Source: Escherichia coli (GTDB lineage Bacteria; Pseudomonadota; Gammaproteobacteria; Enterobacterales; Enterobacteriaceae). From it: 64,000 nucleotides of DNA. The notes below the pieces were generated by a model. That model was not told the DNA's origin, did not search any database, and saw only the letters and a program-made list of their open reading frames with translations. Location: NCBI RefSeq assembly GCF_002854065.1, contig NZ_CP024147.1; one strand, given 5' to 3'. Both the position numbers and the translations under genes were made by a program. Positions 40,720 through 51,202 of this stretch are shown here, piece after piece. The first letter of the stretch is position 1. Each line of letters opens with the position of its first letter.

Positions 40720-41042
40720 TTTTTTGCCCGTCCATATTCAACGGCTTCTTTGAGGAGTTCATTTTCCATCGTTTTCTTGCCGAGCAGGCGCTGGAGTTCT
40801 TTAATCTGCTTCATGGCGGCAGCAAGTTCAGAGGCAGGAACAACCTGTTCTCCGGCGGCGACAGCAGTAAGACTTCCTTCCTGGTATTGCTTACGCCAGA
40901 GAAATAACTGGCTGGCTGCTACACCATGTTGCCGGGCAACGAGGGAGACCGTCATCCCCGGTTCAAAGCTCTGCTGAACAATTGCGATCTTTTCCTGTGT
41001 GGTACGCCGTCTGCGTTTCTCCGGCCCTAAGACATCAATCAT
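40677..41042 (-). CDS. insC: IS2 transposase OrfA (InsC)
   Basis: 121-aa product [34 protein letters not shown]... Confidence 0.9.
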
Positions 41043-41162
41043 CTGTTCTCCAATGACTAGTCTAAAAACTAGTATTAAGACTATCACTTATTTAAGTGAT
41101 ATTGGTTGTCTGGAGATTCAGGGGGCCAGTCTATTATTTAACAGGTTAGCTATGAAGTCGTT

Positions 41163-41435
41163 ATGAAGACATCTGATAATGAAAGTATAAAATATGAAAT
41201 TACTGGCCAGGCGGTGCTCCAGATACTGCGCATGAAGATAAATTTTTCGGTGCAGACTCTTATTAAGCAATTACTCGTAATGAAATCGGCTGAGGAAAAT
41301 GCTTTCCGACGAGATTTAATTGACAGCATAATTCGTGATTTTAGCAACAGTGATACAGGAGGGCCAAACCGAAGAACAGCGATAGCTGACAATAAAAGTA
41401 TGTTCAATGGTAAGAAAATAAACAGAATACATTAA
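41163..41435 (+). CDS. ymgA: small protein YmgA (connector/biofilm-related)
   Basis: 90-aa ORF, first gene after the IS2. Confidence 0.82.
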   Translation: MKTSDNESIKYEITGQAVLQILRMKINFSVQTLIKQLLVMKSAEENAFRRDLIDSIIRDFSNSDTGGPNRRTAIADNKSMFNGKKINRIH

Positions 41436-41463
41436 AATTTCATAAGTAAGATGAGAGGTTACC

Positions 41464-41730
41464 ATGCTTGAAGATACTACAATTCATAATGCAATAACTG
41501 ATAAAGCGTTATCAAGTTACTTTCGCAGTTCGGGTAATTTGTTAGAAGAAGAGTCAGCAGTGTTAGGGCAGGCTGTGACTAATTTAATGCTTTCAGGCGA
41601 TAATGTTAATAATAAAAATATTATCTTAAGTCTGATACACTCCCTGGAAACAACAAGTGATATTCTCAAAGCTGACGTGATCAGAAAAACACTGGAAATC
41701 GTGTTGCGATACACAGCGGATGACATGTAA
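41464..41730 (+). CDS. ariR: AriR (YmgB), regulator of acid resistance/biofilm
   Basis: 88-aa ORF with GAGAGG RBS. Confidence 0.85.
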   Translation: MLEDTTIHNAITDKALSSYFRSSGNLLEEESAVLGQAVTNLMLSGDNVNNKNIILSLIHSLETTSDILKADVIRKTLEIVLRYTADDM

Positions 41731-41842
41731 CTTTTAATTATTAAGTATAAGTTTATAGAAAACTCATTCATCTTATTTTTGTCTGTCGCTTTAGACTATA
41801 CACAGCATAATTTTATTGGGTTAATATTTCTACGAGGCTGAC

Positions 41843-42091
41843 ATGAATAATTCAATCCCAGAGAGATTTATTTTTCAATGTGCTTTGTTTAAAAATCTCG
41901 AGAGGGAGGTATTCATGACGCATGGGTATGTTGATAGTCATATTATTGATCAGGCTTTACGCTTGCGTTTAAAAGATGAAACCAGTGTGATTCTTTCTGA
42001 TCTCTATCTGCAAATCTTGCAGTACATTGAAATGCATAAGACTACACTAACGGATATCATTATTAATGACAGGGAATCCGTGCTCTCTTAG
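41843..42091 (+). CDS. ymgC: small protein YmgC
   Basis: 82-aa ORF, TAG stop. Confidence 0.78.
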   Translation: MNNSIPERFIFQCALFKNLEREVFMTHGYVDSHIIDQALRLRLKDETSVILSDLYLQILQYIEMHKTTLTDIIINDRESVLS

Positions 42092-42426
42092 AACTTGAGT
42101 AAGGTTATAGAATAAACATCAGCTGTATCATCATGCTGGTGCAAAGTGAGCATTTCAGGCGTTATGCTTTCTTAATATATCCGCAATATCAGGGGGCAAA
42201 CAGGAATGGAGAGCGCTCGTTTTCCATTCTTGACGCCTGATATCCCACCTAATTTGTTTAATTCTGCCTACATTGTGCTCAATAATTAATAGGTTAGATG
42301 AAGATGGAGAAAATTTTATCTTCGGCGTGGATATTTCTTATGCTCTCTACCATGCTCTCTGTAGACGCCAGCGCGAGCGAATGAACGTCATTTTCATGTA
42401 TTAAACCCTTTGTTCGGGACAAGCGA

Positions 42427-43950
42427 ATGCGCAATACACTCATACCCATCCTCGTTGCGATATGCTTGTTTATAACCGGTGTCGCTATTTTGAACATCCA
42501 GCTCTGGTATTCCGCAAAAGCAGAGTACCTGGCGGGAGCAAGATATGCCGCCAACAATATCAATCATATACTTGAAGAAGCGTCACAGGCGACTCAAACA
42601 GCGGTTAACATTGCCGGGAAGGAATGCGACCTCGAGGAGCAATATCAGCTTGGCACTGAAGCAGCTCTGAAACCTCACCTGCGCACAATCATCATTCTCA
42701 AACAGGGTACGGTCTGGTGTACATCCTTACCGGGGAATCGGGTCCTGCTGTCTCGTATTCCTGTTTTCCCGGACAGTAATTTACTGTTGGCTCCGGCAAT
42801 CGACACCGTTAATCGATTACCTATCCTGCTCTATCAGAGCCAATTTGCAGATACGCGCATTTTGGTTACGATAAGTGATCAGCATATTCGCGGGGCGCTT
42901 AATGTACCCTTGAAAGGGGTAAGGTATGTATTACGCGTGGCGGATGACATTATTGGACCTACGGGTGATGTGATAACGCTTAATGGACATTATCCCTATA
43001 CCGAGAAGGTTCACTCCACAAAATATCATTTCACTATTATCTTTAACTCGCCGCCACTCTTTAGCTTCTACAGACTTATCGATAAAGGCTTTGGGATTTT
43101 GATCTTTATTCTGTTAATCGCCTGCGCCGCTGCCTTCCTGCTAGATAGGTATTTCAATAAAAGCGCAACGCCTGAAGAGATCCTGCGGCGGGCTATAAAT
43201 AATGGGGAGATCGTCCCTTTTTACCAACCAGTGGTGAATGGTCGGGAAGGGACATTGCGGGGAGTTGAGGTGTTAGCCCGCTGGAAACAACCTCACGGTG
43301 GATATATTTCACCCGCGGCATTTATTCCACTTGCTGAAAAATCCGGATTAATCGTTCCGCTTACGCAAAGCCTGATGAATCAGGTTGCCAGACAGATGAA
43401 CGCTATCGCGAGTAAATTGCCGGAAGGTTTTCATATTGGAATTAATTTTAGCGCCTCGCATATTATTTCGCCGACGTTTGTCGACGAGTGCTTAAATTAC
43501 CGTGACAGTTTTACCCGCCGCGATTTAAACCTCGTTCTGGAAGTTACCGAGCGTGAGCCATTAAATGTTGATGAAAGTCTGGTTCAGCGGTTGAACATTC
43601 TGCATGAAAATGGTTTTGTCATCGCGCTGGATGATTTCGGTACTGGCTACTCAGGGCTTTCTTTTCTGCATGACCTGCATATTGATTATATCAAAATTGA
43701 TCACAGTTTCGTTGGCCGCGTAAACGCAGACCCAGAATCAACTCGGATTCTGGATTGTGTATTGGATCTGGCGCGTAAACTTTCGATCAGTATCGTCGCT
43801 GAAGGTGTCGAAACCAAAGAACAACTTGACTATCTGAACCAAAATAATATCACATTTCAGCAGGGTTATTATTTCTATAAACCTGTTACATACATCGACC
43901 TGGTCAAAATTATCCTTTCTAAACCGAAGGTGAAGGTTGTGGTTGAGTGA
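42427..43950 (+). CDS. pdeG: c-di-GMP phosphodiesterase-family protein PdeG (YcgG), CSS-motif plus EAL domain
   Basis: 507-aa product with N-terminal TM, periplasmic domain, second TM and C-terminal EAL domain. Confidence 0.87.
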   Translation: MRNTLIPILVAICLFITGVAILNIQLWYSAKAEYLAGARYAANNINHILEEASQATQTAVNIAGKECDLEEQYQLGTEAALKPHLRTIIILKQGTVWCTSLPGNRVLLSRIPVFPDSNLLLAPAIDTVNRLPILLYQSQFADTRILVTISDQHIRGALNVPLKGVRYVLRVADDIIGPTGDVITLNGHYPYTEKVHSTKYHFTIIFNSPPLFSFYRLIDKGFGILIFILLIACAAAFLLDRYFNKSATPEEILRRAINNGEIVPFYQPVVNGREGTLRGVEVLARWKQPHGGYISPAAFIPLAEKSGLIVPLTQSLMNQVARQMNAIASKLPEGFHIGINFSASHIISPTFVDECLNYRDSFTRRDLNLVLEVTEREPLNVDESLVQRLNILHENGFVIALDDFGTGYSGLSFLHDLHIDYIKIDHSFVGRVNADPESTRILDCVLDLARKLSISIVAEGVETKEQLDYLNQNNITFQQGYYFYKPVTYIDLVKIILSKPKVKVVVE

Positions 43951-44081
43951 AAATCGATCACTAAGGCCATGATGCGGTGTAATTATAGACAGCTAATTAG
44001 CTCGTTGCCTCTTGTTACTATTGTTCATTATTTTGTTTGCTATAATTGTTTGAAAGTTTTGACAGGATTGCCATTAGTAGC

Positions 44082-44300
44082 ATGAACAATAGTAATAATC
44101 TGGATTATTTCACTCTCTATATCATCTTTTCCATTGCATTTATGCTGATCACTCTCCTGGTCATCCTTATTGCAAAACCCAGTACCGGGCTGGGAGAAGT
44201 GCTTGTGACGATAAATTTGCTTAATGCCCTTGTTTGGCTGGCGATCAATCTGGTTAATCGATTAAGGGAAAGACTCGTCAGCCACAGGGATCAGCAATAA
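44082..44300 (+). CDS. ymgF: small inner membrane protein YmgF
   Basis: 72-aa product MNNSNNLDYFTLYIIFSIAFMLITLLVILIA... with two hydrophobic helices. Confidence 0.75.
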   Translation: MNNSNNLDYFTLYIIFSIAFMLITLLVILIAKPSTGLGEVLVTINLLNALVWLAINLVNRLRERLVSHRDQQ

Positions 44301-44699
44301 TCTTTCAGTTTCTCACTGTCAGCATGCGGCTGAATGGGGTGCTGACAGTGAACGCCTGGATCATTGAAGGAAAGGAATTATTGCGCAAATAGTTGTCAAC
44401 CCTGGTGTTATCACAGTTGTTTTTATATATCATTGAAATAATTTCTATGGCAACTATCAATGATTGTGATGTCGAAGAGTTATTTGTTAAACAAAATCGT
44501 CACCTCAAAGTGATCAATGTCATGAAAATAAGGTGAAAAATAATAATGCCGACTTATTTATCATTTATATATTGTTGCTGTTTATCTATTTAAATTTCTT
44601 GTGCTTTTGTTTTTGTCTTTACCCTCCGTTTTGGTAATCTGAACTCATAGGTTATTTGACCAGGAATGTTTGTTAATCCAATGAATGGATGGTTAATCT

Positions 44700-47363
44700 A
44701 TGAAACTGAAAAAACTCCCCGGGTTTAGTTTAGGACTTATTGCTCTGGCGGTGGGTAATGCATATGCAACACAATTGTTGGATGATTATAGTATAATTTC
44801 CTATATAACCGATGAAGAATCGCCGATTCAAATCAAAGATAATACTTTGAAAAGTAATGAAGAATATCTAACCACTGAAGACGAAAGCCATGCTGTGAAA
44901 GTGGATGACGGTGTAACTGGATATATAAATAATGCCAGTGTGATGACTAGTGGTGATGGATCTTATGGTATTTCTGTTGATAGTCAAAACAAAGTATTAT
45001 ATATAAGCGATAGCGATATTAAGACCTCTGGAAGCGTATCTAACAAAGAAAATAACCAAGATGTTAATGGAGGGATAACAGCCAGCGCAGTAGTCAGTGA
45101 ATTTGGTGGCACCATCGTTATGAATGGTGATAATTTAGTCGAGACGGGGGGGGCATATTCAGCGGGACTTTTAAGTCAGGTTAATGATTCTGGAAATGTG
45201 GAAAATAACACTCGTCTTGAAACCACAGATAAAACGATCATTGTTACCTCTGGGGAAAATGCAGTAGGTGTTCTTGCATGTTCAAGACCTGGAGAGTCTC
45301 GAACATGTGTCGATGCTGTAGATGATGAAGTTAGTGATTCTAACAGTTACGAAGTTATTAGCCGTGCTGATTTAAAAATGAATGGTGGTTCCATAACAAC
45401 TAATGGCATTAATAGCTATGGTGCTTATGCTAATGGGAAAAAAGCATATATTAATTTAGATTATGTGGCACTTGAAACTGTGGCTGATGGAAGTTATGCA
45501 GTTGCTATTCGACAAGGTAACATTGATATAAAAAATAGTTCTATTACAACAACAGGCACTAAAGCCCCCATTGCAAAAATATACAATGGTGGAGAGTTAT
45601 TTTTTTCCAATGTCACCGCGGTATCAGTAAAAGATAAAGGAATATCAATTGATGCATCAAATATCGATTCTCATGCCAAAATAGCACTATCAAGTGTTGA
45701 ACTTTCAAGTGCTTTGGATAGTATTGATGTTAACAAAACTACAACGAATTTAAGCATCCTTAATCGAAGTATTATCACGCCTGGTAATAATATTCTGGTT
45801 AATAATACTGGGGGTGACTTAAACATAATTTCGTCCAACTCTACTCTAAATGGAGCGACTAAACTCGTTAGCGGCACAACCACGCTGAAGCTTTCAGAAA
45901 ACACAATCTGGAATATGAAAGATGACTCCGTTGTTACCCATCTGACTAATTCAGACAGTATTATCAATCTTTCGTATGATGATGGTCAAACATTTACCCA
46001 GGGAAAAACGTTAACCGTAAAAGGTAATTATGTCGGTAATAATGGTCAGCTTAATATCCGCACTGTATTAGGTGATGATAAATCAGCTACGGATAGACTT
46101 ATTGTGGAGGGTAATACTTCGGGTTCAACTACCGTCTATGTGAAAAATGCTGGAGGAAGCGGCGCGGCCACGCTAAATGGGATCGAACTCATAACTGTGA
46201 ATGGCGATGAATCTCCAGCAGATGCCTTCAGACAAGGTGATGCAAGGATTGCAGCTGGAGCTTTCGAATATCAACTAAAACAACAAGGCAAAAACTGGTA
46301 TTTGACAAGTTATCAGTCAGTGAATGAGGAGGATAACAGCTCAGAGGGAAATTCAGAATCAACAGAAACGCCCACCCCCGTCCTGCGCCCCGAAGCTGGA
46401 AGTTACGTCGCCAACCTGGCAGCCGCTAACACTCTTTTTGTTATGCGTCTGAATGACCGTGCAGGTGAAACGCGCTACATCGATCCTGTAACTGAACAGG
46501 AGCGTTCAAGCCGACTTTGGCTACGTCAAATTGGCGGGCATAATGCCTGGCGTGACAGCAACGGACAGTTGAGAACGACCTCGCATCGCTACGTCTCGCA
46601 GTTAGGGGCCGATCTGTTAACCGGTGGTTTTACCGACAGTGACAGTTGGCGTTTGGGAGTGATGGCTGGTTATGCCCGCGACTACAACTCAACTCATTCC
46701 AGCGTGTCGGATTATCGTTCGAAAGGGAGTGTCAGAGGCTATAGCGCAGGGCTGTATGCCACCTGGTTTGCCGATGACATCAGTAAAAAAGGCGCATACA
46801 TTGACGCCTGGGCGCAATATAGCTGGTTTAAAAACTCGGTGAAAGGGGATGAATTAGCCTATGAATCCTATAGCGCGAAAGGCGCAACCGTCTCGCTGGA
46901 AGCGGGTTACGGCTTTGCCCTGAATAAATCCTTTGGTCTGGAAGCGGCGAAATATACGTGGATCTTCCAGCCACAGGCACAGGCTATCTGGATGGGCGTC
47001 GATCATAATGCGCACACCGAAGCCAATGGCTCACGTATTGAGAATGACGCAAATAACAACATCCAGACCCGACTTGGTTTCCGCACTTTTATTCGTACTC
47101 AGGAGAAAAACAGCGGTCCGCACGGTGACGACTTTGAACCTTTTGTTGAAATGAACTGGATCCATAACAGTAAAGATTTTGCTGTCTCAATGAACGGCGT
47201 GAAAGTCGAACAAGACGGGGCGCGTAATTTGGGGGAAATTAAACTTGGCGTAAATGGCAATCTGAATCCGGCGGCCAGCGTCTGGGGTAATGTGGGCGTG
47301 CAGCTGGGTGATAATGGCTACAATGACACCGCAGTGATGGTGGGCCTGAAATATAAGTTCTGA
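44700..47363 (+). CDS. ycgH: autotransporter (type Va) adhesin-like protein YcgH, full-length ORF
   Basis: 887-aa ORF: signal peptide MKLKKLPGFSLGLIALAVGNAYA, Ser/Thr/Gly/Asn-rich passenger, C-terminal beta-barrel ending ...VGLKYKF. Confidence 0.85.
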   Translation: MKLKKLPGFSLGLIALAVGNAYATQLLDDYSIISYITDEESPIQIKDNTLKSNEEYLTTEDESHAVKVDDGVTGYINNASVMTSGDGSYGISVDSQNKVLYISDSDIKTSGSVSNKENNQDVNGGITASAVVSEFGGTIVMNGDNLVETGGAYSAGLLSQVNDSGNVENNTRLETTDKTIIVTSGENAVGVLACSRPGESRTCVDAVDDEVSDSNSYEVISRADLKMNGGSITTNGINSYGAYANGKKAYINLDYVALETVADGSYAVAIRQGNIDIKNSSITTTGTKAPIAKIYNGGELFFSNVTAVSVKDKGISIDASNIDSHAKIALSSVELSSALDSIDVNKTTTNLSILNRSIITPGNNILVNNTGGDLNIISSNSTLNGATKLVSGTTTLKLSENTIWNMKDDSVVTHLTNSDSIINLSYDDGQTFTQGKTLTVKGNYVGNNGQLNIRTVLGDDKSATDRLIVEGNTSGSTTVYVKNAGGSGAATLNGIELITVNGDESPADAFRQGDARIAAGAFEYQLKQQGKNWYLTSYQSVNEEDNSSEGNSESTETPTPVLRPEAGSYVANLAAANTLFVMRLNDRAGETRYIDPVTEQERSSRLWLRQIGGHNAWRDSNGQLRTTSHRYVSQLGADLLTGGFTDSDSWRLGVMAGYARDYNSTHSSVSDYRSKGSVRGYSAGLYATWFADDISKKGAYIDAWAQYSWFKNSVKGDELAYESYSAKGATVSLEAGYGFALNKSFGLEAAKYTWIFQPQAQAIWMGVDHNAHTEANGSRIENDANNNIQTRLGFRTFIRTQEKNSGPHGDDFEPFVEMNWIHNSKDFAVSMNGVKVEQDGARNLGEIKLGVNGNLNPAASVWGNVGVQLGDNGYNDTAVMVGLKYKF

Positions 47364-47380
47364 TCCCCGTTAGCTAAAAT

Positions 47381-47405
47381 ACCGCGTCGAATTCATCGAC
47401 GCGGT
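47381..47405. terminator. bidirectional hairpin terminator between ycgH and ymgD
   Basis: accgcgtcga-attca-tcgacgcggt perfect 10-bp stem. Confidence 0.6.
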
Positions 47406-47418
47406 AACATATGAAATA

Positions 47419-47748
47419 TTATTTTTTGCCGATAGCACGCATGGTGTCATCAATTGCCGTGATCAACAGCATTTGCGGGTCTTTAGCGCAAACCTGATTC
47501 AGTTTTTCTACCACTTTGGCGCTCAGTTCCGGAGATTGCTCAATTTTTAAATCACGGCTGGCAACGCTGGCATTACCCATTACCGCAACAATTTCTGCAA
47601 CCTGTGCGCTGTCAGTTTTTGCCATTTCGTTGGCTTCTGCGCAAGTAATATAGGTTTCTGACGGCAAACCGTTTTTAATATTGTAGTCCTGCGCCCAGGT
47701 CATTGGTGCGAAAACAAACAGGCCCGCCAGTAAAGCAAATTTTTTCAT
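47419..47748 (-). CDS. ymgD: periplasmic protein YmgD
   Basis: about 109-aa secreted ORF (signal peptide ...PMTWA). Confidence 0.8.
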   Translation of the reverse strand: MKKFALLAGLFVFAPMTWAQDYNIKNGLPSETYITCAEANEMAKTDSAQVAEIVAVMGNASVASRDLKIEQSPELSAKVVEKLNQVCAKDPQMLLITAIDDTMRAIGKK

Positions 47749-47757
47749 CATCATTCC

Positions 47758-48102
47758 TTATTTCATTTTACCCAGAATTGCACCACCCGTACCGCCAATC
47801 ACGGCACCTTTAATCGCCCCTTCGAGGCCATTGCCGGTCAGAACGCCAGTGACAGCACCAACGGCGGCACCCACTTTTGCACCTTTACGTGCATTTTTAC
47901 CGTCGCGGCCTTTTTCTGTTACTGCACCAACACCAGCGCCAACAGCTGCACCTTTCAGTACGCCATTAACACCATTGCCAGTAAGTAATCCAACGCCTGC
48001 GCCTAGCAATGCACCTTTCGTGGTGCGGTTCATATCCGCCATCGCTGGCGTGGAGCAGAACAATGCTGAGATAAGCCCGAAGGCAAGTATTTTTTTCTTC
48101 AA
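47758..48102 (-). CDS. ymgG: glycine-zipper protein YmgG
   Basis: 114-aa Gly/Ala/Val-rich secreted ORF immediately downstream of ymgD. Confidence 0.8.
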
Positions 48103-48578
48103 CTTAGATGTCCGGTATTAAGTAAGTTGCACACACAATAATTTCGTCTTCAATTAAGATCTGCTTAACTAAAGAACGCTCGCTATTATTCAGATAATTC
48201 AAAATGAGCGTGGCTGTGATGATAGGAATTATGTTTTTTACGTGAATGAGAATAATCTTAAATGAGGAATAACTCATTGATTGACAATATTTTTATTCAA
48301 GAAGTGTCATTGACTGTTAACGCAATGTTGTAATGGTAAGATAATCTGATTTATCAATATTATTGTGTGATTTTTATGTGAGCAGAAGATATTCATCAGC
48401 AACGATTACATTAGTCATTTTATTTTGCCGACGGCCTCATTGTCGAAAGATAAGCGTACGACAGTATTATCTGAAAAGAGTGATTTTTTATCCAACCACA
48501 CTTCAGCGCACTGCGTTTAAAAAATGCCTCTTTCTTATGCGGGATATCATCATTTCATCATGATGTCTTTGGTGAGCG

Positions 48579-49022
48579 GTGAACACAATACACCTGCGCT
48601 GTCTCTTCAGGATGAATCCCCTGGTCTGGTGCCTGCGGGCTGATGTTGCAGCCGAGCTAAGGTCACTTAGACGCTACTATCATTTATCCAATGGCATGGA
48701 ATCGAAATCAGTCGATACCCGCAGTATATATCGTGAACTGGGTGCAACGCTGAGTTACAACATGCGTCTGGGGAACTGTATGGAAGTTGAGCCGTGGCTG
48801 AAGGCGGCTGTGCGCAAAGAATTTGTCGATGATAACCGGGTGAAAGTGAATAATGACGGTAATTTCGTCAATGATTTGTCGGGCAGACGTGGAATATACC
48901 AGGCAGGTATTAAAGCCTCATTCAGCAGTACGTTAAGCGGGCATCTCGGGGTGGGGTATAGCAACGGTGCCGATGTGGAATCCCCGTGGAACGCGGTGGC
49001 TGGTGTGAACTGGTCATTCTGA
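48579..49022 (+). pseudogene. ycgI: autotransporter beta-domain C-terminal remnant (ycgI-like)
   Basis: 147-codon frame lacking ATG and signal sequence, ending in typical autotransporter barrel terminus ...AVAGVNWSF. Confidence 0.6.
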
Positions 49023-49342
49023 CCATCAACGATTAAACTGCACTTCGGCACAGTTTTCGTTTACAGGATGTTAAAAGAGAAAATTCTGGGGTAAAAAAAG
49101 CCCGCCAGTTACGGCGGGAAACCTCATCCTATGGGAGAACAATGAATAATGAATAATGAAATTGCGGGGTTATCATCTCCCAGTATATCCATACCAACAA
49201 TAAGGTTATTTACTCAACCAGGCATAAACATTTTTTTTTGTGCGTGGGAACATCCTTAAGGTGTAAAGGGGGAGGTGGAAATAGCAATGAGGAGTATCAG
49301 CAAGAATACTCGCCGCTTTACCACAACGTGGATGAGAGGGAT

Positions 49343-49376
49343 GAAAAACTCAAGGCAGAGATAACTCTGCCTTGAA
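49343..49376 (-). terminator. rho-independent terminator downstream of minE
   Basis: tcaaggcagag-ataa-ctctgccttga 11-bp stem with adjacent T-run on minus strand. Confidence 0.6.
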
Positions 49377-49400
49377 GATAAATGCGCTTTTACAGCGGGA

Positions 49401-49667
49401 TTATTTCAGCTCTTCTGCTTCCGGTAAGGTCACGTTCAGCTCAAGAATAGAAATATCGCCATCTTTTTGCTCAAGCTGTACGGTTACCATCTCAGGATCA
49501 ATTTGTACGTATTTACAAATGACCTCAAGAATATCTTTACGCAACTGCGGCAGATAATGCGGTTCTGCATCGCTGCGACGGCGTTCAGCAACAATAATCT
49601 GCAGCCGTTCTTTTGCAATGTTGGCTGTGTTTTTCTTCCGCGAGAGAAAGAAATCGAGTAATGCCAT
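49401..49667 (-). CDS. minE: cell division topological specificity factor MinE
   Basis: 88-aa product [31 protein letters not shown]... Confidence 0.95.
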
Positions 49668-49670
49668 AAC

Positions 49671-50483
49671 TTATCCTCCGAACAAGCGTTTGAGGAAGCC
49701 TTTCTTCTCTTCTTCAATGAAGCGGAAAGGACGTTCTTCTCCCAACAGACGTTCTACGGTATCTGCGTAGGCTTTACCCGCATCGGCGTTAATGTCGAGA
49801 ATGACCGGTTCACCCTGGTTAGAGGCGCGCAATACTGATTGATCCTCTGGGATCACGCCGACGAGTTTGATGCGCAGGATCTCCAGCACATCTTCCATGC
49901 TCAGCATGTCACCTCTGCTTACGCGGCCTGGGTTATAGCGCGTTAACAGCAGGTGCTCTTTAATAGGCTCTTCGCCATTTTCTGCGCGGCGTGATTTTGA
50001 CGCCAGAATGCCTAAAATACGGTCAGAGTCGCGTACTGAGGAGACTTCCGGGTTGGTGGTAATAATGGCTTCGTCTGCAAAATAGAGTGCCATTAACGCA
50101 CCGGTTTCAATCCCTGCCGGGGAGTCACAAACGATAAATTCAAAATCCATCGCTTTCAGATCATCAAGAACTTTAGCGACCCCTTCACGGGTGAGGGCAT
50201 CTTTATCGCGTGTTTGCGATGCCGGCAGAATATAGAGATTTTCAGTACGCTTATCTTTAATTAACGCCTGATTTAGCGTTGCATCGCCCTGAATGACGTT
50301 GACGAAATCGTAAACGACCCGGCGTTCGCAACCCATAATCAGGTCGAGATTACGCAGGCCGATATCAAAATCTATCACGACAGTTTTCTTTCCCTTCTGG
50401 GCCAAACCAGTGGCGATGGCCGCGCTGGAGGTTGTCTTACCAACACCCCCTTTGCCCGAAGTAACAACAATAATGCGTGCCAT
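49671..50483 (-). CDS. minD: septum site-determining ATPase MinD
   Basis: 270-aa product MARIIVVTSGKGGVGKTTSSA... (deviant Walker A). Confidence 0.97.
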   Translation of the reverse strand: MARIIVVTSGKGGVGKTTSSAAIATGLAQKGKKTVVIDFDIGLRNLDLIMGCERRVVYDFVNVIQGDATLNQALIKDKRTENLYILPASQTRDKDALTREGVAKVLDDLKAMDFEFIVCDSPAGIETGALMALYFADEAIITTNPEVSSVRDSDRILGILASKSRRAENGEEPIKEHLLLTRYNPGRVSRGDMLSMEDVLEILRIKLVGVIPEDQSVLRASNQGEPVILDINADAGKAYADTVERLLGEERPFRFIEEEKKGFLKRLFGG

Positions 50484-50506
50484 AGAAATTCCTTGTTAAA
50501 AAGGGA

Positions 50507-51202
50507 TCAATTTAACGGTTGAACGGTCAAAGCGTTTTCGACTAACTGCAGTCGCGCCGCTTTGCCATAAAATTCTGCTGGGATTTGATCACTCAGCCAG
50601 TATTCACCTGCGATGGACACCAATTCCGCCATCAGGTTCGTACAAAATATTTGCGTTTCCCGGTCACCACTTGCCCCTGCAAGCGCACGACCGCGCATCA
50701 TGCCATAGACATGAATGTTCCCATCGGCAATCAATTCGGCCCCAGCGCTAACGTGGCTTGTAACAATCAGATCACATTGTGGAGCATAAATACGCTGACC
50801 GGAACGCACCGGGGTATCTATTAAACGCGTTTTTGTGACTGGCGTTGTATTTTGCGCTGGAACCTGCGGTGCGGGAGCTGGACGTGGCGCTTTTTCCTTT
50901 CCTTCCGTCAGGATAGGCAGCCCCATTTTTTCAATTTCGGCTTTAAGTTGCGCATCTTTGCAGCCACTTACGCCAATAACCCGCAAACCGGTTGCCGAAA
51001 CCGCCTTATGCATCGCTGACCAGTTTACCGGGTCTTCCAGTGCACTGACGTTGAGTACAACGGGGGCATGTTTTAAAAATGCGGGGGCCTGAGCGATTTT
51101 GTCTTCCAGCGCCTGATGGATAACCTTAGGTTCTGCCTCATGCAGATGAACCACAGATAAAGTGAAGCTACTGCCTTTAAGCTCGATTGGCGTGTTTGAC
51201 AT
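50507..51202 (-). CDS. minC: septum site-determining protein MinC
   Basis: 231-aa product [20 protein letters not shown]... Confidence 0.93.
   Translation of the reverse strand: MSNTPIELKGSSFTLSVVHLHEAEPKVIHQALEDKIAQAPAFLKHAPVVLNVSALEDPVNWSAMHKAVSATGLRVIGVSGCKDAQLKAEIEKMGLPILTEGKEKAPRPAPAPQVPAQNTTPVTKTRLIDTPVRSGQRIYAPQCDLIVTSHVSAGAELIADGNIHVYGMMRGRALAGASGDRETQIFCTNLMAELVSIAGEYWLSDQIPAEFYGKAARLQLVENALTVQPLN

Larger units (their letters stand above)
39803..41133 (-). mobile_element. IS2 insertion sequence, 1331 bp, flanked by 5-bp target site duplication TTATT
   Basis: Ends match recalled IS2 termini (TGGATTTGCCCCTATATTTCCAGACATCTGTTATCAC at 39803; rc of TAGACTGGCCCCCTGAATCTCCAGACAACC ending at 41133); identical TTATT at 39798-39802 and 41134-41138; internal insC/insD. 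Confidence 0.92.

Noticed and set aside
48103-48578. Small ORFs such as 48363-48563 (66 aa) in the ymgG-ycgI spacer
   Set aside because: K-12 has small ymgI/ymgJ genes near here, but I could not match these frames to them from memory and the frames lack convincing RBSs; left unannotated.
49139-49160. Short tandem heptamer (atgaata atgaata atgaaa)
   Set aside because: Only about three copies in an AT-rich spacer; too short to be a functional array and not spacer-repeat structured.
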